A stretch of 64,000 nt of DNA from Massalongia carnosa (GCA_965645245.1 OZ287070.1:434001-498000), one strand, 5' to 3'. Positions 12,096 to 25,428 are shown, numbered from the stretch's first letter. Numbers and translations: made by a program. The notes: a model not told the origin generated them from the sequence alone.

Positions 12096-13142
12096 ATGGC
12101 GATTTCCCAACAGGTAGGTACATAATGCAGGTCCAGTTTCAGATAGCTCGTTGATTAATGATAGCTGTAGAAAACCGGCATTCTCCCAGCTCCGTTTGCT
12201 CTTAATGTCTTCGATTCGGCAGCTTCAGCCATCACGAAAATCGAAGGAGGACACGCTCATACCCATCGTATTCCTCTCCACCCAGCCTCTTATCGCACGG
12301 GTAATCGTATTATAGTCGCGACACTGGAGAGTCCAGCGTATTTAGAATCTGAGCTTAATGTTCAAAGACTAAACGATATACATGAGTGGCTGAAGGTTGT
12401 TGGTCTGCCGATGAAACCTCGCCCGTTACATGTGCAGAGAATCAAGCTGCGGGATATTGTGGTCGCCGAACAAATGGACTTACACCTAGTATGGTCACCG
12501 AAACGAATATTTGTCAAACCTGTCCCACGATTTCTGCTCGACCCTCAATTCTGGAATCATCAATTGTGCGGCCGGGAAGATCTTTATAAATGCGCGCTGG
12601 GGTTTCTGCTGTCATACACAGCTCTCATCGAGCATGAAAGTGACTACCAAATCGCCAAAGATGCACGTCTCCTGCCGGAGGAAGTGACATGGTCACAATG
12701 GGTCTGTCTTGTTGAACAGCTCCTCAATGAAGAAAATCGTGGCAATACGAACATACGGTTTAAATACGGCGAACTGCGTTTAGGCCGGCTCAATATGATA
12801 TATCGATTCAGGAAGGGCCAGATCCGTGGCTATTTGAGCAATAGTACTACCTACGGGGACTTTGTCCGTGAAAACTTTAGTTCTCTCATCGCTTTTTTTG
12901 CTTTTATAACCATTATACTTTCAGCCATGCAAGTTGGCCTGGGTACGCACAATCTGCAAAACAGCACGGCTTTTCACTGGGCCTCGTACGTGTTTGCGAT
13001 ATTCTCAATGATTGCTCCTCTTTTTTCTCTTGCGGTTGTGTTGGTAATTCTGATTGCTTTGTTTTTCAACAATCTTATCGCAACCATGATTTATCATCGA
13101 CGGAAATCCCTTTCGTCAAGAAAATCAAGGGTAGAGGCATAA
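12096..13142 (+). CDS. DUF6601-family membrane protein; exons 12096-12113 and 12171-13142
   Basis: LESELNVQRLNDIHEWL..GLPMKPRPLH, LHLVW..RIFVKPVPRFLL, ALGFLLSY, RFKYGELRLGRLN; two C-terminal TM helices; in-frame GTAGGT..TAG intron. Confidence 0.8.
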
Positions 13143-14618
13143 TGGTTACAGTTGACGATCCTTTTTCTACGCCTTGTGATCCGGGATATGGTAGGCGTAT
13201 CGCGTCTTACAAAATATACACTGAATCATTCGCTGGACTTCGCCAACTGGCCATTATTCAGATCAAAGCTAAACTCGATCGATCCTCGATCAATCCAGCC
13301 CAAAATCACCGCGATCACAACGCCAGACAGCCTTACTAGCTTTGTCCTAGCTATGATACAGCTTTACCAGTTATCCGATTAGCGAACCCATGGGCTTGGA
13401 AGTCATGACCATCATTGAAGCTAACTGGCAGGCTTCTCAGGGAACAACCGCAATCCTATGTAATAACCGTGTTTAAGGTATAGGATTAACCCAACGAAGT
13501 CGAGATTGGGTTGCAAATGGTTTAATGTTAAATGCTTGGCTCTTTAACGATGTATATTATGGTAGATTCACAAAATCTGTGATGAAATTACTCGGTTAAA
13601 CCACGAATCATTTGGGCCGATTCTCATGTAAGGCGCCAACCTATGCCCTAGTTAGTCTATGCTCTTGGTGGATTATAAGACGCACTTGATATATTTAAGG
13701 AAAAGTGCCTACTTTTCGGGCGCCAATCGTTGCTCAATGATCGAGATAAACCAGGAATTCGTTAAGCTCTGTTTATACATCGACATCTTGGTCTTAACCT
13801 ATAGAGTCTGGTCCAAAGATCAAGGTAATTTTGAGGGCTTAGGGCTCACATCGCCATGGGCAAACCCCCATCTCAAGCGAAAAAGGACGCCCATTTGGAA
13901 TATCCCGCTTTAGACATAAGGAGGTGGTGATGTTGTTAAATGTCTTTGAGGACAACGAGGAACTTAAGGACCAAAGAGGAAGTCATAACATATTCCCTCC
14001 ATTTATACTATAATCTTGAAACAATGAAAGATCTTACCGCCGCTTGGCTTCGGCGTCAGCGGTTTCCCCACGGCTCTATGTCTGATCTTGGCATAAAGGA
14101 CTTGATTAACTCGGTATTTGCATACTTTGGAGCGATCTCAAACACACTGGAGCTTGACTGGAGGCGGCTAGAGGATAGTGAGGATAAAGGGGAACCCCCC
14201 GCAAGAAATAATCTTGACATTAGATTAGGTTATTATGGGTGATGGCTAAAGGGAGCGGCAGCAGAATAGGGGGTGCTAAAACAAGATCCGGTGGGATGTG
14301 GGAAGTCTTACATTGTATTTTGATTGTACTCAAATACCTCCTACGTAACTCGAAAGGTTTAGCAGTCTCTGTTCGTACCATGAAATTTGTACGTATACGC
14401 TTACAATTAAGGGTTCTGTGTAGGTATCCACTCTGGAGTTGTTGTTCCACCTTTCTCGACCTGCGTTAAGTAAGCACTCTTGGTACGTAGTAGTTGGGGA
14501 CCGCACGGGCTCTGCAAACGCTAGTTGAAGCGATCGGGCGGTAGAACGTACATCCATAATCATCCGTACAGAGCGCAGTTTCCCATCCGTGCCATCGAAA
14601 AGGAAGCCTCAAGGACTG

Positions 14619-14655
14619 ATCAACCAATCAGTCGTATCAACCAATCAGTCGTATC
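14619..14655. repeat. Perfect 17-bp tandem duplication ATCAACCAATCAGTCGT containing CCAAT
   Basis: Seen directly; ~700 bp upstream of the NLR-like gene. Confidence 0.85.
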
Positions 14656-15338
14656 CCAGAGTACTTAAACAGCTTTGCCCCACCATCCATGGGACGCCTT
14701 AAAATGATGCGCCGTATGAACCCGTCGCCAATGCAGACGATTGAACCTGCGTTCTGGCCGATGAATGATAAATCCGAGCGGCTGAGACTTCGGAAAGGAT
14801 ACCCAATATACTCACATTCGTTTCCATCATCAGTGCACACTCGCACATTCGCTAGTCAGGCCGTGCGATATGTGGTCACCCTGCTGATCGAATGGTGCTT
14901 TTCTTGGACACTTGGATGTGCGCTAGGAAACTTAGTATGAGGTCCCCCTAATAGGCTTGCAGCGGCCGCTGTGTCTCAATCTGGAGCCAGGAGATTTGCT
15001 TGCGGGTTTGACGACGATCGTTTGGGTTATTTTTGGGTGTTAGAGTATCGCTACATATGGAGCTGTTTCTTTATCGCTCGCCATTTCTACTTTTCTTCCT
15101 TATCTTCCGTCTCTCCCTTCTCCATTCCGACAAATATATGTAGAAGTGGCAACTAGTTATTCTGGCTTGATCTTTTAAGCGCTAGATTGTCGCTGAGGAT
15201 GAATTAGCATATCAGGCTGAGCGCGGAATCTTTGCACGCTCGAGTACTCTATTGCTAGACATCCTGCCGCTAGCGAAATATCGATTGTTGAATTGGATTT
15301 CAAGTGTGTGACCAACTCATAGGCCCTACCCCGCAATA

Positions 15339-18300
15339 ATGGCGACCGCTACCCGTAGCAAGCATTCGAAGCTCGATGCTGTTGTACGTTCGTATCTTTA
15401 CTCGTGGAAATGTAGTGCGCTGAACTCGATTCATCCAGCAAATAAATCAAGGGCTTACAGTGGTGTATCCGGATCCGGATGAGCCGCGAAAGCTGTCAAA
15501 TGAAGAGATATCGGTCGAGTAGGTGTGTTGCTTGGCAGTATCGCAGCTGTTTAATAAAATTGCAGTATCATTGCCGTTCCCGGCCTGGGTGCGAACCCTG
15601 AATGGACCTGGAAAAACAAGAACAAGGTGGACTGGCTTCGAGACTCGAATATGCTTGCCCGTACGACTCCAAACGCGAGAATTCTGATTTTCGAATATGA
15701 AAGTCAGTGGTTTGGGAAGGGATCCATTGACCAGAGACTCGCGAGCGTGGCCAATCAGCTTGTGCAGGCGGTGTTGTACTCAAGACCGGTATATAATCGC
15801 ATAAAACCAAGGTTTCAGGCACAGGCGCATTGAGTGTGCTGACTGTCTGCATAGAGAGGATCTACGCGGCCGATTGTTTTTGTCTGTCATTGTTTGGGAG
15901 GTATCATCGTGGAAAAGGTTAGTCGAAGACCGACACTGCTGACATGCCTGCTCACAACATCCTCAAGGCACTCCTTACGGCGAAGCTCCGCCAAAGCGAC
16001 TACCCCAACATATTCATGTCGGCAGTAGGCTGCATCTTTCTAGGTACCCCATTTCGAGGTACCAAATCCCAGTCCAAAGCGTCTCTATTAGCCGACATGG
16101 CTCAGACGGTGGGACTCGGAATAAATTCAGGACTGGTAAAGCTGCTTGAAGGTGGTTCTGAGACCCTGAAAGATTTGCTCGACGACTTTGTTGCTGCGGC
16201 CAAAGAAGCGAACATGCGGTTGTTTTGCTTCTTTGAACAGCACGAGAGCGATATGATGAGACTCCTTTCGAAGAGTTCTCCGATCAAGCACAAGGTATCG
16301 AGATAGCCTCCGAATCCAATCTGTTTGATGCACCAGCTGAACTTTCCTTGCAGGAAATTATTGTCGAAGAGGATTCAGCAACATTCCCTGGCTTCAATCA
16401 TGGATCCTTAGCATCAGACCATTTTGAGCTGAACAAGTTTAATGGACCAAAAGACGGACGGTACATCTCCGTCTCCAGTGAAATCAGTGCCACTGTCCAG
16501 AAGGCCCGCGGGATTCTCAAGTCCCGTCAAAATGGTAGGATTTTATGAAACCCTGTGTACTTATCTGGTTGACCAATACCATACAGCGGTTCGCCAGACT
16601 CTCATAGATGACGGCACTTATCAAACGATTCTGGACGCTTTGAAAGTCACAGATCCAGCGAAAGACAAGGACGATAGCGTAAGAGGTAGGCCGATAAGTC
16701 AAGCAAAATGGGTGCTCGGCAATGAAAACTACATGACTTGGAAAGATAAACAGGCCTCTAAAGTGCTATGGATTCATGGCACCGCCGGTCAGGGGCAAGC
16801 CGTCATTGCTTCTTCTCTTGTGCAAGAATTATCGGAGCAGGCAAAGAAAGACGACAGCATATTCTTGGCGTATTTTTTCTGTGACGAGAAAGACTCTCAT
16901 CGACGTAGTATACTCGATATTCTGAAGGTCCTCATTCGCCAAATGATCCTCAGGAAGCGTGATCTAACAGAATACCTACTTGTGGATCAACGTAAGGTGA
17001 AGAAAGGTGATCAAAGTTCCCAGAATTTGGAGGCTACATCGGTATCAGCGCTTTGGAACAATCTCCAGAACATGCTTAAAGATCCTTCGATTGGGACGGT
17101 ATATTTTCTTGTGAATGGCCTCGATGAAACGGATCAAGAATCGCGAGAAGAATTTCTTAGCTCACTGGTTCCTTACCTAGAGACCCAGCCTGATGAAGAA
17201 AGCACTTCGGAGGAAAGCATTATTAAATGGGTATTCCTGAGCAGATCTGGCAGGCCTGATATCGAGGCCAAACTACAAAAGGGTCTCGTCATCAATATGG
17301 AAGATAAAGAGAACGTTAGTCACGTTAACGATGCGGTAAAGGCAGAGATATCTGGTCAAGTCGAAAAATTGGCCCAGCAGAAGAGTTATAACGCTGCCCT
17401 TGCGTACTTCATCAAGAGACATATTCATTCAAGAGCCGAGGGGAATTATATATACGTTAACCTTGTGATTCAGGAGCTGAAAAACCTTGAAACGACCCGA
17501 CTGAATAACTCTGGTATCAGGAAATTTTTGGAAGGATTTCCCTATGGCTTGACAAACATGTTTGAGCACATTCGCCGCCGGGTAAGTTTCTCTGAGCATT
17601 TTCCAACTTTCTTCGCTACCCTCAGTTTTGCTACGCCTCTTTTCCTCAAGTGCCATTCGCCGTCAAAGTCTCCGAACCAAAGTTGATATCTGTCAAGAGT
17701 TCTCTAATTTTGAATCGCCTGGCTTTCTGTATCTTGCTAATGAGTTCTAACGCAGGTTTTGGACCCTCAAAGTGAAGGTATTGAATATACCAAAGAGATC
17801 TTCCGATGCCTTATTCTTGCGCACCGATCGCCAACACTGTTCGAACTTGCGCTAATAGCGGACTTGCCGCAAGAAGACCGAAACGACGAGACAAGCTTGA
17901 GACGCTACATCACTCGATGTGGAGCATTCGTCACAATATCCGAGATTGATAATGAAACAGTTGAATGGATTGATGTGGCTGCAAAGGAGCATCTGGAAAC
18001 CTATGCGAAAGATCAGTTATCACTGTCGCTAACAGATGTTCAACATGGTATTGTAGCTCTTCGGTGCCTGGATTTTGTGCGCAAGTATGCGATTGTGCAG
18101 AAGGAAGAGGAAGCTGACGAGGAACCTCCCGATAATCAGGAAGAACCCGATCAGCCAGACCTCACACCTATTGGCCAAGATGCTTCTAATACCCAGGTTG
18201 ACGAGAAGCCCATTGAGGAAGAAGATTATCTAAGTCAAGGCGATCAGACTCAAACTTATCAAGCTTCTAGTTATTCTGACGAATACCCCCAACAGGGCCG

Positions 18301-21300
18301 GCAACCTTTTCTTCATCAGGCTCAAACTTACGATGGCCAGGGCTACGACGGATGGCCCGATCCAGAACAAGACTATGACAATCAAGGGCACGAACATCAG
18401 AATGATTCATTCCCACCTCATATAGATGCCTTGAATGACAAAGATCAAGTTATTGATGGGCAAGAGGATCCAGGCCAACCCGGACCAACTGAAAACAATC
18501 GCCAAGCCGAGCTAGCGAGCAACTCTGGTGAAATAGCCGCTTCGGAGGTCCCTGAGGAAATTCAAATGGATTTAGGATACGCGGGTGAATGCTGGATACA
18601 ACACGCGAAGCTAGCACCAGTCGACGTTGTCGAAGAGTTTAACTTGAACGACGAATTCTGGGTCGAGAATTCTCGCCCCCGAAATGTATGGTGGAGTGCA
18701 TATGCATTAGACAATGGACTCGCTGGCCTGGCAGATGTCACTACTCTTCACATTGGTGCGCTATCCGGCTTTTCTGCGCTAGTAGACCATTTACTCCTAC
18801 AAGAGCGCACGGACGAGATTCATAAGTCAGACTCATGGGGTTTCCGCCCTTTTTACTGGGCTTGTCGGAACGGCGATATTTACCTGGTTCAACGGCTTCT
18901 CAAGGCCGGATCAGATGTAAACGCACACCGCCACGATGGGAATATTACCGCCTTGTGGATCGCAGCATCGGAGGGCCATCTGGAGGTTGTACGATACCTC
19001 CTTAGCCAGAACGCCGAGCTTGACGTACAGGATGAAGAGCTTGGCACGCCGCTATACGTCGCTGCGGAGAACGGTTGCAGCCAGGTGGTCCGACAGCTTT
19101 TAGAACATCAAGCAGATGTGAATCTGGCTGGAGGGTTACATCGCAACCCACTCAACGCGGCTTCATATAACGGACACCTTGAGGTAGTGCAGCTCCTACT
19201 CCAAGCTCATGCAGAAGTAGACCCGGAGGAGGAATATCGATACGGCAGCGCTCTTGGAGCCAGTGCACGAAAGGGCCACATCGATATAGTGCGGCTGTTG
19301 CTGCAGAAGGGTTGGAATGCTAATCGAAAGATCGGGACCTATGGGAGCCCTATAGTTGCAGCTGCTACATACGGCCACGCGGACGTAGTGCAAGCCCTAC
19401 TTGAGCAGAATGTAGATACTTCCTCAAAAGAGCAGGCATTGGAAATTGCCTCAAAGAATGGGAAGACTGATGTTGTCAAGAAGCTTCTGGAGCAGTCCAA
19501 TTACCTGCGACACCAAAAGGCGTTCCTGCTTGCAGCGTCTTTTGGTCGGGATGATGTACTTGAGCTCCTGCAAACGCGAGGCACTAATCCCGACATGTTA
19601 AACAATGCTCTTTATGAGGCATCGGATCATGAACATGAATCCACTGTTGACTTGTTGGTTAAGTTTGGTGCAAATCCCGACGCTGAGGGCGTGGAGTATG
19701 CCACCTATATACCCACCTGCATGTGGACAGGCTAACCTCTCTGTAGATACGGGACCGCACTGACGGCAGCAGCGTTTGACGGCAGCGAAGGAATCGTGCA
19801 AATTCTACTCGATCATGGGGCCAACGTAAACAAGCAAGGGGGCAACTATGGCAATGCCCTCCAAGCTGCTGCATGCTGCGGTAATGTGGATGTCGCTCGA
19901 AAGCTTCTTGACCACGGAGCCCACGTCAACAGGGAAGCCATTGGGATATATGGTAACGCGCTCCAGGCGGCTTGTTATTCTGGAAGTGGTGATCTGGTAG
20001 ATCTATTACTAACGTATGGCGCGGATGTGAATGCCTATGGTGGTACATATGGCTATCCAATTATCGCTGCGGTAGATGAGTGCGATTCAAATGTCCTTAG
20101 GAAACTTCTGGAACATGGTGCCGACGTCAACGTAAAAGGCAGCGAAGATAATACCCCAGTCTTGGTCCTTGCAGGATATGGATTGCTCAAGGATGACATG
20201 GAGTTGCTCCTGCATTACGGAGCGGAAATCGATATTGCAGATGACTGTGGCAATACCGCCTTGATCGCCACAGCAAGCTCCGGAGACACAGAAGGCATTG
20301 AGTTTTTGCTTGATCGTGGAGCAAACATTCACGCCGTTAGCAGCGAGTATGGAGCCGCGCTTCATGCGGCAGCCTCCGAGGGCGATGAAGAATGTCTTCG
20401 AATCCTGATCAGCCGCGGAGCGAATGTAAATCAGGAGGGGGGACCTTGGAATACTTCTTTGCAAGCAGCGGCAATAGCTGCGGACCTTGATTGTATTAGA
20501 ATGCTCATTGACGCCGGCGCAGACGTCAACTTGGGTGGAGGCGATTACGACTCGGCCTTGCAAGCCGCCGCATTTTCCGGTGATCTCGAGTGTCTCCAAG
20601 CGATTTTGGCTGCTGGAGCCGACGTCAGTCATGGAGGCGGCAAGTACGGTAGCGCTCTGCAGGCCGCAGCCATAGTGGGAGAACCCAAATGTCTCCAAGT
20701 TCTTCTGGAAGCAGGCTCGGATGTTAACCAGGCAGGCGGATTATACGGCTCAGCACTGCAAGCAGCGGTCTCCAAAAATCGGAACATCGATTGCGTCGAG
20801 CTACTCTTGGATCATGGCGCCACTGTTCATGCTTACGGTGGACTTTACGGCTCGGTCATGCAGGCTGCGGCCGTAGGTAACAACTTGAACATGTGGGGTC
20901 TACTTGTTGACAATCATGGAGCTGACGCCCATGTGGTTGGGGGGAAATATGGTAATGCTCTCCAGGCTGCAGCTGTGAAGGCTACAGACGATTTTGTGCT
21001 GCGACTGCTGGAGTCTTCCGTCGATGTTTCTAACGAGGTCGGGGGAAAGTACAACACCGCCTTGCAAGCTGCTGCGTACGCCAATCGGCCCGAGGTTGTG
21101 ACAATGCTGCTGGAACATGGTGCGGATGTTAGCATTCAGGGTGGATTCTATGGAAATGCGCTGACTGCCGCGGCGTGTAAGGGCAATACGCGCGTGTTGT
21201 CTCTTTTGCTTGTAAAATCGCTGCCCACAAATATTCTCGATGAGGCGCTTCTGCAAGCCGTTCATCATCGCCAAGCTGGAGTGGTGGAAATGCTCCTCAA

Positions 21301-21424
21301 GCATGGTGCGAATGTCGAGGCGAGAGACGAGACTCTTGGATCTGCTCTAGACGCAATTCAGAAGGAGTTCCAAGCAGACACCAATAGCGACGATGGTGGC
21401 GATGGGTATGAAGAAGAAGATAGC

Positions 21425-21462
<38 letters not shown>

Positions 21463-23116
21463 CGATGAAGAGGGCGAAGGAGAAGCGATTGAGGAGATTG
21501 TGCCTGACGTTCAAGATAATGATGCGAGCGTTGCCAGCCTTCAGCTCGGAGATCCAACCACGGAAGAGAGCAAGATCCTGAAGCTTCTGGAAGACGCCCA
21601 GACAAAGCTAAAGCGGAACCCAAGCGTCAAACGAGTCCGCTCGGTTAGACGTAAACCAGTCTCTCCGAATCCGGCCGGTGGAAATGGCAAAGAGGCGGGG
21701 GTTCGCAATCATGCGCAGTATCTGAACGCTGAACCGGTTGCAGGAAGTCATCCATTTCATAACAACACTTTGCAAGCTTCACAGCCTCAGAACCCTCAGT
21801 ATTCCCAACATCCTATCGCGATGCAACCCCAAGACGCTAGGCCCATGAGTAGCAGCCATGAAGCGTACGGTAGCATTGATCACATTCCTCGGCCTCAGAA
21901 CACCAAAACCTCTTCATATGCTGAATACGGACGAACTCAGCTCCAAAGTGGACAAGCCCCAAGTTCTATGTCGATGAACAGCAACCATACAGGTTATGGG
22001 GGTGGTGTGCAGGTTCCACCCTCTCCTGCTCTCGATTACTCCCAACTTCCCAACCCCGTACAACATCAGCCCCAAGTGCATGATGGCAGCGGCCAAGTAC
22101 CACAGTCTCAGTATCAGGACCCCGTATCGCTTCAGGCCGTTGAACTTGCAGACAGCAACTACCACTTATACGGCGGAAGCGGCCAGATCCCACCGTCTCA
22201 ATCCCTTCAACCCCAATATCCCGTCGCTGGACAGTCCCAGGGGGATGTGCGTCCGCAAAGCAGCCATCATGCATATAGCAGCAGTGGACAAATGCAAACT
22301 CCTCAGCCTCAATATCCTGCCACCGGAATGTCTTACAGTGTTGAGCTTCTTGACAGTCAAGCCTATCCCAACAGCGGCCAGACGTTACAATCTCAATCTC
22401 CTAAACCGCAGTATTCACCCACCAGCAGCCATTATCCATCCTACAGTGGGAGTGGCCTTATCACACCGTCTGCGTCTCCTCATCCCCAGTATTCTGCCAC
22501 AGCTGGTCCACCTTCCGGTGTCGAACGTCCAAATAGCACGCATCAAGCGTCCTACAGTAGCGAACAGTCTCCACGTCCTCAATACTCCCATATGGGACCA
22601 TCTCAGAGCGTTGAACTCCCGCATCACCAAACCTACGGCAGCAACAGTCAAGTCCCGCAAGCGTACAATACCAGCGCCGCAATCCCTCAATCCCAGTCTC
22701 CCCATCCCCAATACGCCACTCCGGGACCACCGCAAGGCGCCGAACCGCAAAACCCCAATTACCATACTTACAGCAACAAACCCCCACCCCCTCCATCGCA
22801 ATCCCCCCACTCCCAATACTCTCAATCCCCCCAACCTCCACCCGCCCGCCCCCAATATCCCCCTAGCAGCAGCAGCGGCGGTGGGCCACCGCTGCCATAT
22901 TCCGGCGCCAGCACGCCACTGCCTCCGCCTCCTGGTTCGTCCCAGCCATACCAGCAGTATTCCAACACACCGCCCCCACCTCCGCCACCGGGAACACAGC
23001 AGGGGTATGGCACTCAGCCGCAGCGGCCGGGCGCGGACGGGTCCGATTTCACCCGGTTGCAGGCCAAGGCGATGAAGTTTGGCTCGTCATTTACGAAGAA
23101 GTTTGGCATTCAGTGA
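15339..23116 (+). CDS. NLR-like protein (~2407 aa): SesB/DUF676-type alpha/beta hydrolase, NACHT-like NTPase, ankyrin array, P/Q/S/Y-rich tail. Exons 15339-15383, 15439-15518, 15566-15788, 15855-15917, 15968-16294, 16354-16534, 16587-17581, 17756-19695, 19747-23116
   Basis: DIIAVPGLGA..WTW, WLRD..L...PNARIL.FEY.SQWFG, RPIVFVCHCLGGIIVEKAL, IFLGTPFRG, FCFFEQ, DHFELNKF; NACHT LWIHG..G.G, YFFCD, GLDE, RAEGNYIYVNLV; many G.YG.ALQAA ankyrin repeats; all eight GT-AG introns keep frame (7224 nt). Confidence 0.9.
21424..21466 (+). repeat. (GAT)n coding microsatellite (poly-Asp)
   Basis: Seen directly, inside the last NLR exon. Confidence 0.9.
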
Positions 23117-23915
23117 GATGGTTGGGATTGGGAGAATAGGGACAGACATGGGGCTTTCTGACAACGCGTGAGGTTGAGAATCTTTGGGTTAGATTTTGGG
23201 GGGGGGGGGGGTTTATGGAGGCTGTAGGAGAAGATGTTTATTGTTGGTCTTGGATTTCGATTGTCATAACTAGGCACTTGGGTATTTGGCCAGCGAAAAA
23301 AATAGAGGATGTAAGATGTTAGTTCTGGACTTGGTAATTTGTATGTATACTGTACCTATTACTTCGGTGTCTACCGACACATCCTCTCCTCTTTATTCAA
23401 TCCGTTGACAAACCCTCCACTAGCATCTCTTCTTCTCTCTATCCATTCATCTATATATCGAAAGATTTAAGCACCACATAACCTCCAACAAACAGTCCGA
23501 GCCAAACTTCCCGCTAACCAGCACACCCCGCTGTACGCTGTTAAAGCGCAAGATGCCCCGACTCCGAAAAAAAGTGATGAATGGGAAGGTTATCGATCTC
23601 GTTACAGGATTGTTGAGCCTCCCCTTGAAAGGGGGGGGAGGGGGGGGAGTAAAATGAAGCTGTTCTAGCCCACCAACCAAAAAAAGAAAACAACCCAAAA
23701 AAATCAGATCCTCCCTACAGGAACACGAGACATATGAATAGAGTAGTAATGTAATGTAGGTGTTATGCATACAGTACCTGTCATATCATCATGCCACAAG
23801 ATAGATAGAACAGATACCCAGATGCTGTACAGCTAAGTAAGCGTGAGAGGAATGGAAGGGGGAGGGAGATGGGTGGATGGTTAAAGGATGAGGAGGACGA
23901 GAAGGAAGGAAAGAT

Positions 23916-24981
23916 TCAAGTAGCGCCTTTCAGCGCGATAGCGCCCAAAACGCACATTTCCAGCTCGTGCCTCTCAGCCTTGCCCGTCGCCATTTCTTCC
24001 CTCTCTCCTTCTTGTCTGTTTCCCTCTTGCTCGCCCTCAACCACTCTCGTCTCGCCGCCTTCTCCTCTCCTCCTTTCCCCCTTCTTCCGTTCTCGCTTCC
24101 CTCCTCCCCGCTTCCCCCCATCGCTGCCGCCGCCGCCACCGTCGCCACCAAGCCGATACGCCCGTCTCACACGGGCCCAGTCCGTGTGGTTGGCGATTTC
24201 CCCGTCGAGGAAGGGGAGGGGGATTCCGTGGACGTGGGTGGCGAGGTGGGTTTGGATGGAGTGGGGGGTGGAGGTGACTTTGATGATTAGGAGGGAGGTG
24301 GTGGTGGGCTGGATGCCAAACGTGCGGAACGCGTCGGCGATCTGGGGATTGTTTCTTAAGCCTGGTTTCTTCGGTTTCTTGGGGGGGGGATTGAACAGCA
24401 GATGTAGGGGAGAAAGAGAAAGTCTGGGACGAGATGGGTAAAATAGAGAGACACAAAACCCCGCGTACAAAAGAAACACCCCACAAAAACGCACATTGTT
24501 GTTCATACCCAGCGCAAACACGATTTCCGAATGCACGTTGCGGGATTTCAGCCGCGAGGCAGCGGCGTCGGTGCAGGCGCGAAACACGGCGGCGAGGATG
24601 TGGGTGGTGGAGATGATCTATTGGTTTTTTGGGGGGGTTGGAGGGGTGGTTAGATGAAAGGGATGGAGAACGATTGATTGATAGCCGACAGTATAAAATT
24701 CCTTTTTTCCCCTTCTTTCCCCAAAGATAGCGATAGATAGATGCATATATTCCAATAAAATCAAAAACCAAAAATCAAAAACAAACAAAAGAACTCACCA
24801 TCTCCGCATCCACCAACGCATACTCGAAGTCGGCGTTCCCGTCCAGCAGCTGCTGCCGCAGGAACGGCGCGTTCTGGACGTCGCGGTACAGCGCGATGTG
24901 CACGTGCACCGTGGGGGCGGTGTGGGCGAGGTGGAGGGTTGTGAGGGTGGAAGTGGAGGAGGTGGAAAGGGAGAGGGACAT
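23916..24981 (-). CDS. CGI121: EKC/KEOPS complex subunit Cgi121; exons 24981-24799, 24617-24495, 24341-23916
   Basis: [74 protein letters not shown]; canonical introns. Confidence 0.9.
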
Positions 24982-25428
24982 TGTGGTGTGAGTGGTAGAC
25001 CAAGAAGGCGAAGGGCCAGAGAACGGTTTGGGTTGAGGTTGCGCGAATCAGAGTGAGCATATGAAATTTTACATTCATCGTTCAGGTGCAAGATTAGCAA
25101 TCCTTTCGATTATCCTTCAAAGGTTTAGAACGAACTACATATATATTAATAAACTGGTTTGGACGACTTGACTTGCATTCGTGAACTAAATGGCGGTTTT
25201 TGTCAATCGCCAGGGATAACTTTATCGTAACTACGATCATGGGTATCGTGGAAGAGTCATGTTATAATCGTGACATGAACAGTCAGTTCCAAGCCTGAAC
25301 GAAGCTTCTGAACAGCGATATTAATTAAAATTTCTTTCTGTCCAACGAGACCTGGCCCGAGAGCGTTCCAAGGCAAGAGAAACTCAGATCGTCATAGCCT
25401 GGACGCAACGGAATCACAATCCTGGATT

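Noticed and set aside
13400..15200. Short ORFs between the DUF6601 and NLR genes (similarly 32330-33400, 40540-41040, 43400-44250)
   Set aside because: No recognisable motifs or splice-consistent model; may be decayed relics but cannot be supported
19747..21350. Highly internally conserved (HIC) ankyrin array as in allorecognition NLRs
   Set aside because: Repeats share the protein motif but are clearly diverged at the DNA level
21297..23075. Overlapping ORFs with poly-His or poly-Met and the 359-aa alternate frame
   Set aside because: Shadows of the GAT microsatellite and low-complexity NLR tail
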